64,000 bases of DNA from Sphagnum compactum. Its lineage: Eukaryota. Positions 38,321 through 50,900 of this stretch are shown here, piece by piece; the stretch's first letter is position 1; each line of letters begins with the position of its first letter. Position numbers and translations under genes: made by a program. The notes below the pieces were generated by a model. It made no database searches and was not told the origin of the DNA. It was given only the letters and a program-made list of their open reading frames with translations. The stretch is from positions 2,914,001 to 2,978,000 of the forward strand of contig OZ234493.1 in the NCBI GenBank assembly GCA_965153455.1. The letters are read 5' to 3'.

Positions 38321-39270
38321 AAACCTAAATGATTAGCATGATGTTAAGGGACTCAATTCACTAACATCTTTAACACCAAGTGTGAACGCACCTTTAGGGA
38401 TGCCCACAACCACACAAATTTTTTAAAAACCAACTCCATAAAATGTCCCCATTTGTTGGAGGATGGCCAAATGGGGAGGCCCCTTCACTCCATGACATGA
38501 CTTTTCATTGGTTGGATGGAAATTCTATTCCTAAGCCCTTCCTAAGAGTGTTCTACCTATTTACATTAATTGTCTATATCTCCCTGATGTAATAAGTAGC
38601 AGCTTAGTGGTGGTGTGGTGTATGTAGCAGAGTAGGCTTTTGAATGCACAAAAGAACACAGGACATGCAATTGTCATATCGCCAAGACACTATGGATTAG
38701 CAATGGAGCATCAAAAGGACACACAATGTGCAAATGAATGTAGTACATGCAATTGTCAATCTATCTATTTGAAAATTTATTTCTTTGAGTCAGAAAAATC
38801 TCTGAAACTGCAAAATCAAGCAAATACATTGTGACATCTGAAAGCACTTTGTCTCAGGAAAGCCCACTCCTGTAAGGTTAACTCCCATTCCTCCAAACAT
38901 AAAATTCATATTAATAGTACCTTGGCAGCTTCAACATTAATTAGATTATTTTCAGAATGTTGAAATTTTCACCCCCCCCAACCCCCCCCAAAAAAAATCA
39001 AAGAAAAATAAAATTATGAAGGAAAATAATTGAATCATGAAGAAATATTCTATTTGTCAAAATGAAATTTTCATAATTAATTAATTATTCGACAAACAAA
39101 ACATGTGTCAAAGTTGTCAAACTACTATGGTGTACAAGTTTTCAAAACTCGTTTGAGATATATTGATAATCAGTTTCCCATGTGTAAGGGTTTCACAACT
39201 TGGTGTAACCTAATCATAGCTATTCAACAGAGATAAGAAACCTCTTCCTTTGAGGAGGTACCTACTCGAA

Positions 39271-39941
39271 TCTTATATATAAAAGCAAACGTGGTGTCTG
39301 TCTGTGTGGACAAAAATTGGGCAGTGCCTGGAAGATTCTTCCAGTCACTGCCCGTTCCTGCAACCTCCCAGATGACAAATTTACTATTGCAGGATTTTTT
39401 ATGCACAAAATAGGGTGGACAGTCCAAGACTGGCTTCAATAGGTGGACAGTCTAAGAAGTTGAAAATATCAACTTTTGGATGGGGGATGGTAAGGTGTTG
39501 GGGGAGGTATTTTTGGGATTTGGAGGGTGGGTGAGGAGATTTGGGTGCGCTTTTTTCTTTCCCAAAGGATGCATGGGCTAAGGGTTTAGGAGGGTCATGA
39601 TTTTTATTTTTTTCGTGGAGGGGGGGAGGGGGTGGGGGTGGGGTTCTAGGGGTCTTAATAGGTGGAAGTGAGAAAGAACACATTGTAATATTATGTTGGA
39701 GAACACATTGGGAACCAAAGAAAAATGAAAAGAAACCCTCCCCCCACCCCCCCTGGCCCCTCCTCCCAAAATTTAAAAGGAATAAAAGCAAGGCACCTTG
39801 AGTGCACCCTTGGGCCTTCCATTGGCTGCATGAAATTTCTATTCCCAAAAGAGTTCGTCACCGTTTAGAACCGGAGTGGGAAAAGCGAAAGACCGGGTGG
39901 GGGGGATCGACGGGGTGCATTATGCACCGGGTTCACACTAG
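39271..39941 (+). mobile_element. Non-autonomous Helitron (671 bp, subfamily C)
   Basis: A|TCTTATATATAAAAGC...GTCTGTCTGT at the 5' end and GGTGCATTATGCACCGGGTTCACACTAG|T at the 3' end. Confidence 0.85.
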
Positions 39942-42744
39942 TGGGGTTATAAGAGTAAGTCCATGGGCAGCACAACAATGGCATACAGACTGTACTTTGC
40001 ATAGCCTTCAAATAAGTATCATGAAAATGGGTTTGGACTTTAGACCTGTATATTTGCATATGGTAGAATGTCTTCTAAACCCTAAACCCTAAAAAAAAGA
40101 CTGCATTTATAGAGGACCATTAAAACAGTAGCAAGTAAATAGATTCTTTGTGACACAAGGCGCTCCCCAAAAATAGGGCAAAATTAGGCAAATTTTTTAA
40201 TGAGGAAAGGGAAGTTCTGTCAAAAGAAGGAATTAGTTTTGCCTTTTCACAATATCCCCCACCCCCCCACCCAAACCTGGTTTTGGGGGAAAAAATTCCT
40301 TAAAAAAATTGGACCTAGTTCAAATCCAAGTTCAAAAATGTTAGACAAGTTCAGATCCAAGTTTTTTTTTAATGGTTTATGTTTGGCTAGTTCCCATGTA
40401 GTAGTTAGGTTCCAACTAATTTGAATTAATCTACATATGTTCCAAATTCATGGCAATTTAAAAACAAATAAGAATTTGAGTAAAAAAAATTCTAGAAGTA
40501 CCTTGCAAATGATTCACAAAACACCAAAAATAGTGCATCCATATCCATTACACACAAATTCAATTTATTACAAAGCTTTGACATGAACAAACAAATACAA
40601 ACTATTTCTAAACCATATTGGTAATTGGTACTTAATGGATTTGAACCTTATTTTTTTCATGCCATTTGATTTCATTCACTTGTTTATTATGCCACCCTTG
40701 AATTCCACTCTCAACACCTTCCAATACCATGGCAATTGCAAAACCCCAAAGCCTTAGCATTCCCAATGTACCCAACACACACATAACTACCTTTCAACTC
40801 AACACAATGTGACATAAGAAACAAGAAATTGACAATTTCCTAAACATCATCATCCCTATATCCCCATAAATCTAGCAATTAATCAACTAGTTTCATCCAC
40901 CTATTGTGCATATCAAAGTAAAAATCATAAAATGATAACTATTGCTCTAATAAGAAAACTCTAGACATCATTTCAACATCAATGACAAATAAAATTAGTA
41001 TTGAAAATGACAACTTGAATTAAACAAAATCAAAACTAGAAAAAAAATAGTCGTCATAAAAAACATGTATCTAAATTTTATATTATTATTTTCCAACTCC
41101 AAAAGCCCGCCACTTGCTTAGTAATGACATCTTCATTTTCTTGCATTAAGGCTTCCATGAAATGAACTTACCAATGTGAAGAACACCAACATGAAAGAAA
41201 ATAATAACAATCCTTTACCATTTCCTAGACAATGAAGTTCACCTTAGGTTCCATCTTCATGGCTATGTAGATAACATTCACTTTTGTTCGATTTTAGCTT
41301 ATTCTTTTATCTATATGCAACTTTCACCACACCTTCGTGCATTACAACAAAACATGTCTTTTATGTTAACTTTTATAATTGAATTTTTAGTCACAGTAGA
41401 TCGTGGACAAATTTTGCTTCAGTCAAAATGAATAAATGGTTTCAAACAACAATTTGTCAAAATCTAACTAACATACTAGCATGTCCAACTTGATTGAAGT
41501 GACTAATGTGTTAGATCACATGTATAATGCCACATGTTGTGTTTATTAAGAATTAAAAAAAGATTAATACGACTACTAAATATTTGTCCCACATGACTTA
41601 AATGAATTGCATGCTAACTAACATGGCATTACTAACTTTTAAAATTATTAAAAAAACAATTAGTTATAATTAATTTGTCAATATTAATTAGTACATGTGG
41701 AAACCAACAATTTGACCACGTGGCTTGCTTACCCAACCTTTCACACGTTACTATTTTTTATTTTTTATTACCACATCATCATTATTATTTTTAATCATGA
41801 TCATAAGATGTCCGAAATGAAGTTTGAACCTTCACCTTTTTTACCACATTCCAAGGCCTTAATTAACCATCCAATCACCAATTTATGTGGTCACAAATAA
41901 TGTCAATGCAAAAAATATGAACACACATGTGTCTATTTTGAATTGCATGATAATGTGATAATGATTATGAAATCAAATTTTGATTCATTTGTGCCAAATA
42001 GGTAGGTACTTAAGTACCTACATAGTGTAATTAAAATTTGATTTGGTAGGATCAAGTGGATAGGTACCAACCAACCTACATCCCTATTTATATTTGGTAA
42101 GTGCCTTGAATAAGTAGGTACCTACATATATAAATATTTACATAGCAACATAGGTGTAGGTAATACAAAAATAGGTAGGTTGGTACCTCCCCATATGGGT
42201 ACCTACCTACATATGTGACATCACAACATAATATTATAGTCAATTGTATGAATGACTTGTTTATATCATACTAGTTAAGGTTTGGAATTCACATAAGTGA
42301 TAAATTTACCATGTGTATAACATTGTGTTTGATTTGACTAAATACTTAGTTTTAGTTAGCCATAACAAACACACCTACTTTTGATTGTAATCAAAATAGA
42401 TATAATTAGTCATTTTAGTCAAAATGGACATGATTAACTTTGACTATACAATTAGTCTAGTCACAATAGTACTTGCAAAAAAGACATGCTTTCTTTTTTG
42501 TAATGAAAGAACTTTGATTCCCTAAGTATTATAATAAGCATTGTCCTTCATGAAATGTGATAAAATTTTGGATTATTTAAGCCGTCAACTTTTTCAACAA
42601 TCTTTTGAAGATGTTATTCAAATTATGCAACCTTGTCTACCAAAACCTTTTCTCTAATAATGGGCAATCTTTTGCTTGGTACCTTGCCAACTCCAAAGAT
42701 ATGACATTAAAGCCATTGTATTTCTAAATTTGTTGAGGTAGAGT

Positions 42745-42905
42745 CTATTTCTTTTACTTTTGGTTTTAGATAACAATGATTTTTAGTATGTTTGTATGCA
42801 CCACATTGGGTACATTTGATCCCACATTCTTCTATCTTATGAACTTTGTCACACTTCCCATACTTAAGCTAAACATTGTCACATTTTGGATAACTTTTGG
42901 TACCT
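42745..42905 (-). mobile_element. Decayed retrotransposon gag zinc-knuckle fragment
   Basis: Minus translation GTKSYPKCDNV*LKYGKCDKVHKIEECGIKCTQCGAYKHTKNHCYLKPK contains C-x2-C-x4-H-x4-C. Confidence 0.55.
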
Positions 42906-43986
42906 TGATCTTCGATATTGCATTTGGAACATCCTATTGTCACCCTATGCACGGTAGCAGTTCCACATTTCACCTTAGCCTCTATAAAACGTTTAAAATC
43001 ATAATCCCATGAAGGGCATTCACCTAACATTTAATTATAATTTTGAGAACATATTATTCAAGCCATTGATCATCCTTCAATGGCTTAAATGGGGTTTCTC
43101 CAAGAAAATGCAACCTAAGATGGTTCCCTTTTAGAGTCACAATGGTAAATTTTGCAAGGTGTGTGGTGTTTAAATGCTTGTGGTGAATAACATAATTTTC
43201 AATTTGTCAATCAAAAATTGGTTGTTTTTAGACTAACAACTTGTCATTCATTACCATATTGGCACCTACACTTATCGTTGTCCATGCACGACACAAAATA
43301 ATATAAAAACACCCTAACTATTGCATCATACCTAAACAAAAATAAGTCTCACCTACAACAAATAGGAATCCAAACCCAAAACACTAAATGAAAAATCACA
43401 GCATGCAAAATTAAGGGCAAATTTTTTTTGGCATAACACATAAAATTTGTAAAACAAAAAACACAATGTGTTTTAGAATTTTGGTGATTTGAGATTAACT
43501 CACAACTTGGAATTATATATCCCAAACTTAAATAGTTTAAACCTCATTCACACATGAATTACCTCCAAACTAAAACATAATTGACAACATTAACAATTGA
43601 CAACTTATCATTATCCTAATTATGATTTAACTTAATAATTAAACTAACATTCATAATAGTTGTTGTGTGCTACCAGATCAACGCCTACACCTATCATTGT
43701 CCACGCACCACACAAAATAACATAAAAACACCTTGATTGGCACATCATATTTAAAACACCCTCTTATTTGGGGTTAAGGTTCACTTGAACCAAATAACAA
43801 TGTAGGAAACACTTCTTATGAAATCCACCATCAATAAACACCTTAGTTCTAAGGTGAGAAGATTAATCGATCAAATGCAAATGTTAGCTCATTGTTAATC
43901 ACCTAGTTATAATCCCCCCAAATATTTAGCCAAGTGTGAATTGTCATGAAGGAAAAACTGAGGATAATCTTATTATACGATCATGA

Positions 43987-43988
<2 letters not shown>

Positions 43989-44053
<65 letters not shown>
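43989..44053. repeat. (AT)n microsatellite, ~32 units
   Basis: Perfect AT dinucleotide run. Confidence 0.97.
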
Positions 44054-44055
<2 letters not shown>

Positions 44056-44149
44056 TTTATTTGGTGTGTATAGGGCAAAACCATTTTTTGACCAATACCT
44101 TTCATAATGGTGGCACAACACATCCCATATGCCACCTTCAAGAACATTG

Positions 44150-47100
44150 ATCACAAATCAACATAGTGGTGGCCTTTAAATATTGCCCACACAACATACA
44201 TCGTAGGTTGATAGGGACCACTATTAAAGATGAATCAATTCAGCCATTCACATTGGGAAAATGATTGAATTGACTCCAATTATGCACATGGTCCTTCCAT
44301 GTCTAACCATCTTGGCCCTCCAACAAAAACATTGAGGATGGTAGAACCTTTTGCACATGTAAAACAACACCCATGTAATCACATTCAACATAATTGGTGT
44401 TGTTTATTACAAGTATATGATCACCTAACTCAAATATATAAACTTGGGGCCAATGAACACCTCCATGGAAAGTGACATAACACAATGTATTTATGTGTTG
44501 AAGAATTGAGTTATGTGGCTAAAGTGCAACATAACTAGTATTGTGTAGTTTGTCAAATTTGATGGGTTGCCAAAATCCAAACTCCACCAATAACCAAACC
44601 CCATGATGGGGAATGGTTGTAGATGAGGTGCAGGTGCATTACATGATGCCTACACTTGATCACGCACCCCACATTGATAAACAAACTATTGAACCTACAA
44701 TTGCATCCCCCGCCACCAATATTATGCCTAAAACAAACTATAAGTTTGTTGAACCCCAAAATGACCCAACTTTTTTGACAAGGCCTTCACATTGGTTTGG
44801 GCAAGGCACAACCCACATTCATGCATCCATCGACATTTGTAGGAAGGAGTTGCATTTCCACTTGAACCACTTAACCCTATGCACAATTTGGTCACTTTCC
44901 TTGGGTGTCAATCTAATTGGAACTTCACATGCTTGTAAATATGTAATAACAAGTGCATCCTCATACATGTCCAAGGCACCATCACCTTCCAATTCAATGT
45001 CCACATTTCAAAATTCCATGTTACCCATGTCAATCTAAGTCCATCTTCAAAACACCCCCAAAAGGTACATAGGTATATAAAGGCATGTTATTCTAATATA
45101 ACCTCCAAATTAGCATCAGCATGCCAATGAGCTTTTATGGTATCCTCTTCATTGGAACTTGGGTTTTGACTTAATCTATTGACATCCTAATTACCTACCA
45201 ACCCAATGAACTATGTTGAAGTTGTACTCTTGCATGGCAAGGGCCCACCTAATAAACTTTCTTGTGAGACAATTTGACTCCATCAAAAACTTAAGTGGCT
45301 GGCGTTTTGTAACTTGTGTGAACAAGCTACCATAAAAATAACATCAAAATGATAAACCAACCCAAACAATAGCAAAACATTCCCCCTCATACGAACTATA
45401 TTTTGCTTTTGTCTTGTTGTTGAACAAATTAACATAAGCCACCATAAACTTTTGGCCATCATTGTTAAGTTGGGTAACATACCATTGACCTCATGCAATC
45501 AAAAAGGTTGCCCCCAAATGGGTCATTATAAAATGGGCACAAAGTGAGTCATTTTTTTAAATTTAAAAAGTTCTACTTTTATGTTTCATTTCAAATGTAT
45601 TATGGGTTGATCCTTATCAACTGAATCTTGGGCCCTTTTCTTTAAATGTTTTCATAATTATAATTTTCTTTTCTCATGTTTATTTATTGCATGCCAAACT
45701 ACATGGCTTGAAATTTCCATTACAATAAAAAAAGATGAAATCGTTTCAAATTCGTATTCCTTATCAATGTGGCCCCTTCAGAAATTAAGTTCTTAAACCT
45801 TGAAAATTCATAACTAAATTATATTTATTCAAATAATTACTCAATAAAAATATCAAATAGAATACCATCTAAATTACCTTAAAATTTTATATCCACCAAA
45901 AAAAAAACCCCAAACCTTGTTTGAAAAATGTTCATAACCAAAAAGTTTTTAAAATGTAATGAATAGGAACATCAAAATTCAAAATATTTTTTACATTTTA
46001 AAGTTTCAAAAATCTATACAACCTAATTAGTGTATTCAACCAAAAAAAAAAAACTAAAAACCTTTTTAAACGTGTTTCCTATATATTTTCCAAAGTTTGA
46101 TAGGTCTTGAAAAATGAAGGTGTGATGTTCTTTGTGGTACCACCCAATCATACTTTCGTCCCATGACCCTTTGAAATTTTGTAAGGGCATCATTTAAACC
46201 AAATGGCAATAACTACCAGTGGTATAAATAATTTTTTTCATGAGGATATATCCCCCAAAATGTTGTTTTGACATTTTCACCCTCCTTCAATGATAACTAA
46301 TTGTAACTAGACCACAAGTTGAAAGTGTCCAAAACTTTGGCTTGCCCAAGGCCGTGAAAAATCTCCTTTGGTAGGTGCATGGCATATTTGTCAAAATGCG
46401 TCCACTTGTTCATTGGATGGAAATTTTCACGCATGTGACATTCTATCCAATTGCCAAAAATGTCCTTGTTGGTTGGCATCACTATTGTTGAAGCATATTC
46501 ATCGTTGGATAATTCTACCAAACCAACATCCAATAACTTATTGTATGGTGTTTAATCAAGGCTCTTTCCACCTCATTAAACATGTAAGGTTGTTTTAAAA
46601 TTGGATTATTGTCCTTCCTCATGATTCAAACCTTTTATCTTTTTAATCAATTAATTTTTTAAAAATTAAAGCAGAACATCCAATGTGATCATGCAACAAT
46701 CATTTCATTTTACACATCTCACCTTTTATAATTGTTAGGCCAATTTCCAGTTCCCATGTTTTTGTAATCACTTGTATAGTGGGTTGGGATGATGGATTAT
46801 CCCCAACACTCAAAGATGAGAAACATTGCTTGTGATTACTACACATAAATGGGGATGTGGTAATTGTCTTTGACACCTTCAACCTCATCAATTTCTTTTT
46901 TTAACACCCATAAATCCCCCTTGGCATTTTTGATTCCATAACTACCAATTTTGTGCAACCAAGTTGTCATAACATCACATCTAACCCTAAACTTTTTCCC
47001 CATGTGTCATAAACATAAACCATTTTTCCCATCATGCCTTTCACAAAACCTTGGTTTTTATTGGCACTAGTAGTTTATGACTAGGCCTACCAAAATTTTG

Positions 47101-47950
47101 GATGCAATGTGAAATAAGGATCTGCATCATCCGCATATGTATTACAATGGGAACATGGTTGGTTAAGGTTAGGGTTGGAAGTGGTGGCTTAAAGGGAATG
47201 AAGACCATCTTGTTTTCAATGTGCTCCATCACACTTCCAAAACTTGTTTTCTCCCCTTTGTTCAGTGGAGTATGATGAATAGGCACCACCTACTTCATGT
47301 TTGACCCCCTTGGTCTTTGGTGATGCGGCCTTATTTGGTAATTTGCCACATGGTTGTTGAATTACTAGTGTTGAAGAATTCTTCAAGTTGTCATTATTGA
47401 ACCCAAAAGTCACCAGACATTTTTCCACCATGTTCATATCAATACATTTTAACAACTAAAACACATTCGTTAATGCGGGTTAGAGTAACATGACATCTTA
47501 CACTTGACATCAAAGCTCCTTGTCCCAAATTCCATACCAAAATTGGACAAACTTTGTTTTTGTCATGTTTTGTGTCATAATGATAAATGGTTTCACTTGT
47601 GCATATATTTCCACAAACTTTCATGTGGTTTACATTGGAATTTTTATAAACTTCACAACTTTCCACTCAAGCCCCTTTGGTAAATTTTTCACAACAATTG
47701 AATGTCAACAAAAGGCCACGTGTATTAGTGGAAGGATTGATACCATTGTTTTTAGAAGTTATGCTATTAGCACCCCCACTTCCACTAGCATTCCCATTTC
47801 CATTGGCATTTTCATTCCCATTAACCAAATTGCTTTTGGGAGTTGTCAACATATCACATGGGGTTAATCCCTCTAGCAATGGAAACACAATTGGGCAACC
47901 AATATAGTCACCATTTCTTGATCTCAACCTCATGGGCACAGCTAAATTCA
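44150..47950 (-). mobile_element. Highly degenerate Ty3/Gypsy LTR retrotransposon internal region
   Basis: RT fragment 46297..46533 (GLVELSNDEYASTIVMPTNKDIFGNW...DKYAMHLPKEIFHGLGQAKVLDTFNLWSSYN) continues to LLPFGL. RNase H-like remnant at ~45200-45540 and post-RNase H segment at 44819..45004. Many stops and frameshifts. Boundaries are approximate. Confidence 0.8.
45770..46150. mobile_element. MITE fragment (same family as 21087..21722) inside the Gypsy pol region
   Basis: Shared blocks GCCCCTTCAG.AAT, AAATTACCTTAAAATT, TGTTCATAACCAAAAAG and terminal TGATGTTC....GTACCACCCAA. Confidence 0.7.
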
Positions 47951-50900
47951 TGGTAATCCTCCATATGTAGCCCTTTTAAATGTTGGAACAAACTTTTTCA
48001 TGCCATGAAAAGTGTGAATATTTGAAGATTGTGCATTTATTGCATATCACAACAACTATCAAATTCATATATGAAATCATATAGTTCGATGGTGCCAATA
48101 ACTCTCACATACCAACATGGCCTTTTGGTGTTTCACACATGTCAAGTCCATGTTCCACAACAATGGTGTGATGGGTTGGATCAAATTTGTATCCAAATCA
48201 AAATTTGAAGAATCCATTTTCGATGACGATGACAATGTGAGTGGTCTAAACTACACCCTTTGATTAGTAACCCCCATTAGCACCCCTTATTTGTCATATT
48301 TTCAATTATAGAACCATGTGTCACCTCCATAATAAGCCCTAGTCTTAAATATGGGGCAACCAAACCTATCCCTAAACAACGATGTTGAACTTGTGGGCTT
48401 AACCTAACCCTATTTCAAGGCACCCACATCCACAAAAACATTTCAAAAAGTTAACAAAACTTGAACACATTGTGAACACACCAAATGTGATTTATGAACC
48501 ATCAGCCCAATCTCACCACCATAAATAATAAAATAAGACACTTCTAAAAACAATTACCCGCACATGCAAGCTTTTAGCCTCCACCTTCATGTTCACTGTA
48601 GTAAGTTATAATCACATTGCTAGAGATCTATTTGTTCCAAACCCCATGACATTTTTTTTTATCAGTAAGTCCAATTGTACGATCTGCTACCACCCAATTA
48701 GAAACAACATGAAGAAACTCTCTCCCTAACATAACTTTCGCATGTTACCCTTCACACTCACAAATTTTAAAAAAAAAATTTCATTGGCAAATTATAAAAC
48801 CTCCTACTATCAATACTCACTTTCCTCCTTGGAACCACAAGACATTAACCATCCTTCCCATAAATCTTTAAAATCACATAACCACCAATTGAACACACTA
48901 GAAGGATCTCCCATGTGCAAGAAGTAATATAATGCACCTAGGATGCTTGTAAGTTGTCACCATATGCAACTAAAATATTGTGTGCCAAACTAGACTTGAA
49001 CCAGTAGCTCCATGCAATTAAAGTTGCTCACAAGATTGCACATTGATAAATTGTAACCAATGGAGTATGTCCACCCACTCATCACCTTAAGCAAAAAAAT
49101 CAAAATCCTCTTAGTGATCACAAATATAAAAAAACAACATGAAGAACAAGAACACAAAAAGAAAAAAACCCACACTCAAAAAGAACGATGAACCTTAAAC
49201 CTTGCAATGAACCCAAAACCTTCTTTTTGTTGGTTAAGAATAATCAAATTCCAATTTCCATCCCATTCTAGGATTGGATTATGGTTCTAGTTCCACTTTA
49301 AGGCATACTATAATTGGGGTTTGATTCTCCAATTGTAAATGTTGGTGCTCAAGTGGTTATGGTTCCAGGTTGATTATGAACCTTGTTGTAGGTTTTGGAT
49401 GGGTTCCTTGGAATAAAAATTGAAACAATTGATTCGTAACTACCAACACTATAAACAATCCTTAAGGGCACCATTTCAAAAAGACAAATCGACCTTCTAT
49501 GGTTGCTTGATGGCATTCGAAGGAAACATGTTGCCAAAATAAAAGGTACATGTAATGGTGTAAAAGGAATGTGAATCAGTACAAAAAAAATTAGGTGACA
49601 ATCAAGCCATATAGAAAGGGTTGATCTACCTTGATTTAGTTGTTTGTGCTTTTAACTTTGGGTTAGAGAACCTTAAATTTTAAAGAAATGAGACATACAT
49701 TTTGCCTAACAACATGAGAAGAATTGAATTTTTAGATGTGTGAGGACCATACGATTCCTCATCAAAACTTAATAACAAAATCAATATGTGACATTGTATT
49801 TATGTTGCAACATTTTAATATATAATTCTAACATTTGGACTAACTTGAAATGAATCTAATGAATGTGTAAGTTTATTAATTAAGAAATAAATAATCCAAT
49901 GCTTTGTTGGCCTTGTCTGCCAAGGCAAGGATATTGTGTTTAGATTCATTATAGATTATAATAGCTTAAATGATTTCGGCTCCTAAGTAATAGGTGTATA
50001 TAAATAAGAGGATTTTTGAAAGATGATATTTTGGCTTGTGTTTAAACTTGAGATTATTTATAGAGTTGTAATATCTTGAGGCATTTTGGTTTCATTTAAA
50101 GGATTTTTTGAAGAATATATTTTTGCATGGTGAAATATTTGAGTTTCTATAATTCTTCTTTTGCCTTAAGATACTTTATAATGTAAATGGCAAGGCCACA
50201 GTGTGACACACCCCTTGTTTTAACTACTGTAAATAATCTCGATCTACTAATCCCAAATTACCAACCTTAAGGATCGTCATAAGGATCATTTAAAGTGGGT
50301 ATGTGTTGATTTGTTTTATTGTATTTGCACCCATCAACAAATGGTAGCTATTGTCTCAACTATTTATATAAGGTGTTGAACATATATAGCTTCACATAAC
50401 AGTTTCAAGTGTTTACTTGGAGAAATGTCTTTTGATTTACCCATATTGTTTCATGTTGACATCAATGCCCTTCCTTTTTAACAAGAGATAGTTAATATAG
50501 TTCATGATTTTTTCAACCAATCCATCCTTCTCTTCATTTTGAACAATGAAATGGATAAAATGTTGCATCAATTTGAAATCACAAATAAATCAATATGATG
50601 CATCCTAGAAAAATAATCCTACATGGCAATGACCACCAATTTCGTTATGTGGATTGAAAAGTTGATTTAATTCATCCATAATCCCACACCTCTCATTGAC
50701 ATGAACAATTCATGTTCATGTTGTGCATGTGGTATATGATACAAGATTTGAACACATGATTAGTTTCAATGTGGGCTATGAGTTGTACCAACTTTATACT
50801 TCTATTATCAATGTTTGTTAGTTAATGATTGTTTGCCCCAATTGCAATGGCTTCCAATGATTTTGATTATTGTTCATTTTCATGTATGACAATTGCAAAA

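Noticed and set aside
44625..44645. AGGTGCAGGTGCA partial complement of miR530/miR1030
   Set aside because: The match fails at the miRNA 5' end and lies within a decayed Gypsy element, so it is likely chance.
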